DNA from: a virus
Lineage: Duplodnaviria; Caudoviricetes
DNA length: 27,969 nt
Virus record (IMG/VR): IMGVR_UViG_3300042335_000320
Location: 1 to 27,969 of that record
Direction: 5' to 3' (one strand)
Under the pieces are notes generated by a model, which saw only the letters and a list, made by a program, of their open reading frames with translations, was not told the DNA's origin and did not search any database. Position numbers and translations under genes: made by a program. Of the stretch, positions 25,368 through 27,969 are shown in pieces (the first letter of the stretch is position 1; each line of letters begins with the position of its first letter).

Positions 25368-26158
25368 TTATAAATTCTTATGTTTTCGGATTGGATCCAG
25401 ACGCGCAGGCGTTTTTGACTGCCACAGGAATAACGGACGCGACTATATCAGGCGCGATAAATACCTTAGTTTTAGATTTAAAAGGTTTTAATCTATGGTC
25501 TAAAATGTACGCTGTTTACCCTTTTGTAGGTGGTACAAGTGCTACACATAAATATAATTTAAAGACTCCAGCCGATACAGACTCGGCTTATAGGTTGGTA
25601 TTTAATGGAGGTTGGACGCATAGCAGCACGGGTATATTAGGTAATGGCGTTAATTCATACGCAGACACAAAATTCCCGATGAATGGATTACCTCAGGATA
25701 ATTCGCACCTATCTATATATTGCCGTACAAATACAACTGCCAATATAATAGATTATGGCGTTCAATTTACTTCAATTTCATATAGTAGTTTTATCTCATG
25801 TAAGTTATCCGGCAATTTTAACAGTAGGTTAAATACAAGCGGATTTACAGACGGTTTAACGGCAAACACAGATTCAAGAGGTCAGTTTATAAGTTCACGT
25901 TCAGACGCCATTAAGATAACAACCAGAAAAAATAATAACGCCGCGACAAATTTCACGCAGGCGTCCACTACGGCAGGCGCAAATGTACTTCCTATTTTTT
26001 TAGGCAACTTAAATTTTAATGGAACGCCTTTGAGCGGTTACTATTCAAATAGGGAATATGCTTTTGCCACTATTGGAACGGCATTCAACACAACTGAAAG
26101 CGGCGACTTATATACTGCTATACAGACATTTCAAACCACTTTAGGAAGACAAGTTTAA
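25364..26158 (+). CDS. virion protein, lectin/LamG-like candidate
   Basis: DPDAQAFLTATGI...AVYPFVGG...QTFQTTLGRQV, a family recalled from freshwater Bacteroidota phages. Confidence 0.62.
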   Translation: MIINSYVFGLDPDAQAFLTATGITDATISGAINTLVLDLKGFNLWSKMYAVYPFVGGTSATHKYNLKTPADTDSAYRLVFNGGWTHSSTGILGNGVNSYADTKFPMNGLPQDNSHLSIYCRTNTTANIIDYGVQFTSISYSSFISCKLSGNFNSRLNTSGFTDGLTANTDSRGQFISSRSDAIKITTRKNNNAATNFTQASTTAGANVLPIFLGNLNFNGTPLSGYYSNREYAFATIGTAFNTTESGDLYTAIQTFQTTLGRQV

Positions 26159-26784
26159 TGAAACACTTTCAACAGATATTAAAAGATAGGGGATATTATT
26201 CCGGAGCCATTGATGGTATAATTGGCTCATTAAGTTTGACCGGAGCAAAACGTTTTATAAATGACGAATTATTCAAAAGAGATTGGAAACAACCGAAAAC
26301 GGAATTAGTCTGGTTGCGCTTAAATAAAACTTTTGATAATCGTTTTTCTGATATTTGTTTACGTTTCAATAATGGTATAGTTGATCTTATTTTGCCATGT
26401 TCAACGCGTCCGGGTAATTATTGGATATATAATCCGGTAACGACCGGAGGCATCACAGGAACGGCCATTGCGCGCGAACAACAAGTAATAAACAGTCATA
26501 CTTTTATTACTTCCGCAAATTGGAAATCTTTATGGCTCGGCGCTCCTTACTTTATGCAAACAGGCGCGATTGGAATTTATCGAGACGGAAATAAAGATAA
26601 TAATATTGATAAAAACATAAACACAAATGGTTTTTATGGAATAAACTTCCATAGGGGCGGCATAGGTTCAGCGGTCGATAATTGGTCAGCCGGTTGTATG
26701 GTGGTGCCAGATTCAAGATGGTTCGAGGCTATCAAAGTTTTTAAACATAATCAATTAACTAACTTTACACTTTTGGAAATATGA
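26158..26784 (+). CDS. putative endolysin: short PG-binding motif plus YkuD/L,D-transpeptidase-like His-Cys domain
   Basis: QQILKDRGYYSGAIDGIIG; GINFHRGG...NWSAGCMVV. Confidence 0.72.
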   Translation: MKHFQQILKDRGYYSGAIDGIIGSLSLTGAKRFINDELFKRDWKQPKTELVWLRLNKTFDNRFSDICLRFNNGIVDLILPCSTRPGNYWIYNPVTTGGITGTAIAREQQVINSHTFITSANWKSLWLGAPYFMQTGAIGIYRDGNKDNNIDKNINTNGFYGINFHRGGIGSAVDNWSAGCMVVPDSRWFEAIKVFKHNQLTNFTLLEI

Positions 26785-26993
26785 TTTACGTTGGATTATT
26801 AACGCCGGAACAGGCAGAGGAAATAAACGGCAAGGAATACGCACCGGATAGTTTTTATAATGTCATTACAGATTTTAACGAAAATTTCGTCATAAGTACG
26901 GAAGAAATTGACAATACGACAAATCCGTTATATATTTGGGTGAAAAATTTGCCTTTGATTGAATACATTCCTAAACAATTAGATTTTCAGTAA
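26781..26993 (+). CDS. small acidic protein (probable partner of the 25364 virion protein)
   Basis: VGLLTPEQ...YAPDSFYN...ISTEE...WVKNLPLI. Confidence 0.65.
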   Translation: MIYVGLLTPEQAEEINGKEYAPDSFYNVITDFNENFVISTEEIDNTTNPLYIWVKNLPLIEYIPKQLDFQ

Positions 26994-27322
26994 TGGATAA
27001 TAACTCAATTATAGATTTAAGCGCCGCAACGGGACTATTTCTTTTTACCGGCGCTGAGGTTGGTTTGGATTCTACACTTTTCGAAATTATATCTAAGTTT
27101 GGCGTGGTTGCCGTTTTATGGTTCTGGCTCAGGGACATGAAGATTCAAATGAAAGATCAGCTTACAACTTTTAGCACAGAAACGGAAAAACTAAGAATTG
27201 AACATCAAAGTAACTTGAAAGATATTAGCGACATACATAAAGACTTCCGCGACCGTATGGAAAAACAAATAACGGTAAAGGACGACCAGATAAAAACCCT
27301 TCAGGACAAACTCAAAGATTGA
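26993..27322 (+). CDS. holin-like membrane protein
   Basis: Hydrophobic segments including FGVVAVLWFWL followed by a charged coiled coil; next to the endolysin. Confidence 0.55.
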   Translation: MDNNSIIDLSAATGLFLFTGAEVGLDSTLFEIISKFGVVAVLWFWLRDMKIQMKDQLTTFSTETEKLRIEHQSNLKDISDIHKDFRDRMEKQITVKDDQIKTLQDKLKD

Positions 27323-27348
27323 TTTTATTGACTATTTTTAGGGAATTG

Positions 27349-27381
27349 ATAGGCAGCTTTAACCGGTTGCCTATTTTTTTT
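27349..27381 (+). terminator. intrinsic terminator ending the late region
   Basis: ATAGGCAGC/GTTGCCTAT stem followed by a T run. Confidence 0.82.
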
Positions 27382-27438
27382 GTAAAAAAGTAAAAATATT
27401 TTAATCAAAAGTGAAAATAAATTTTTTTATGTCAATAT

Positions 27439-27460
27439 GTTGTTATATATTTGTAACAAC
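27439..27460 (+). promoter_or_regulatory. promoter -7 box embedded in a perfect inverted repeat (operator candidate), copy 2
   Basis: GTTGTTA-TATATTTG-TAACAAC; 21 of 22 nt identical to 16481-16502. Confidence 0.78.
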
Positions 27461-27489
27461 TTATTAAATAACAATTAAAAATTATTACA

Positions 27490-27768
27490 ATGAAAACAAA
27501 TTATGTTTGGATTAGACGCAATCACGCACCATGTGATATTTTCGAGGAAAGTACACACAAAAGAAATGAAAGAATCAAAAACTACAATGATTGGTTTTTA
27601 GCTATTCAATTGGACGAAAACTTTTATCAGTCATTTAGTGGAAATCAGTTCTGGGTTCAAAAAATTGAGGTTAGTACGGAGGTAGTTACAAGACCTTACA
27701 ATAATGACGAACTTCACGAACTTTACGAACAGGAAGACGAACTTAAAAAGATTTTTTCAATACTTTAA
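27490..27768 (+). CDS. hypothetical early protein
   Basis: 92 aa, MKT start, first gene after the promoter. Confidence 0.75.
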   Translation: MKTNYVWIRRNHAPCDIFEESTHKRNERIKNYNDWFLAIQLDENFYQSFSGNQFWVQKIEVSTEVVTRPYNNDELHELYEQEDELKKIFSIL

Positions 27769-27779
27769 AAATTAAAACT

Positions 27780-27969
27780 ATGGAATACAAACAAAGCGAT
27801 AATGTAAGCCTTTTGGTTGAGGCTTTAATTAACTTCCAAAAAGATTTACATGAGATAAGCCTAAAAAAAGACAGGAAGAACGACCATTTAAAAAATGCTT
27901 ATCTAACCTTAGATAACATTCTTAATAATATCCGGCCTTTACTATCTAAAAACGGTTTAGTTATCGTTC
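27780..27969 (+). CDS. ERF family ssDNA-annealing protein (partial, runs off the window)
   Basis: Hand translation MEYKQSDNVSLLVEALINFQKDLHEISLKKDRKNDHLKNAYLTLDNILNNIRPLLSKNGLVIV matches the ERF N-terminal pattern. Confidence 0.82.
   Translation, partial: MEYKQSDNVSLLVEALINFQKDLHEISLKKDRKNDHLKNAYLTLDNILNNIRPLLSKNGLVIV

Noticed and set aside
1-27969. tRNA, CRISPR array, integrase/att site, intron or intein, stop-codon reassignment
   Set aside because: None seen: intergenic spaces are short, TerL, portal and MCP are uninterrupted, and genes tile densely under the standard code with all three stop codons used

Overview
This is a 28-kb slice of an AT-rich tailed phage, most likely a siphovirus of a Bacteroidota host. 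The host call rests on TAnnTTTG promoters, A-rich leaders without Shine-Dalgarno sites and a DUF3127-type SSB. Essentially all genes are on the + strand. Gene order: Gp157, a ParB-like gene, a dense regulatory intergenic region, two membrane proteins, a ParB + TET-associated-type glycosyltransferase module, DUF3127, TerS/TerL, a tail assembly chaperone pair with a G_GGT_TTT -1 frameshift site, tail completion/tip genes, tape measure, an inserted self-contained accessory operon (16.5-18.0 kb), ClpP-type prohead protease, an Ig-like protein, major capsid, tail tube, portal, adaptor, fibre/lectin proteins, lysis genes and the start of an early operon with an ERF recombinase. The most unusual signal is non-coding. 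A minus-strand promoter-to-terminator unit of about 70 nt (2136->2068) is complementary from its predicted 5' end to the start-codon region of a gene 15 kb away, and it carries a 15-nt copy of a palindromic operator/promoter found twice elsewhere. Other pre-terminator segments show weaker complementarity to the start regions of neighbouring genes in the same operon, which suggests an antisense small-RNA layer. CCGG is also conspicuously over-represented. All family assignments come from motif recognition by eye, not database searches.
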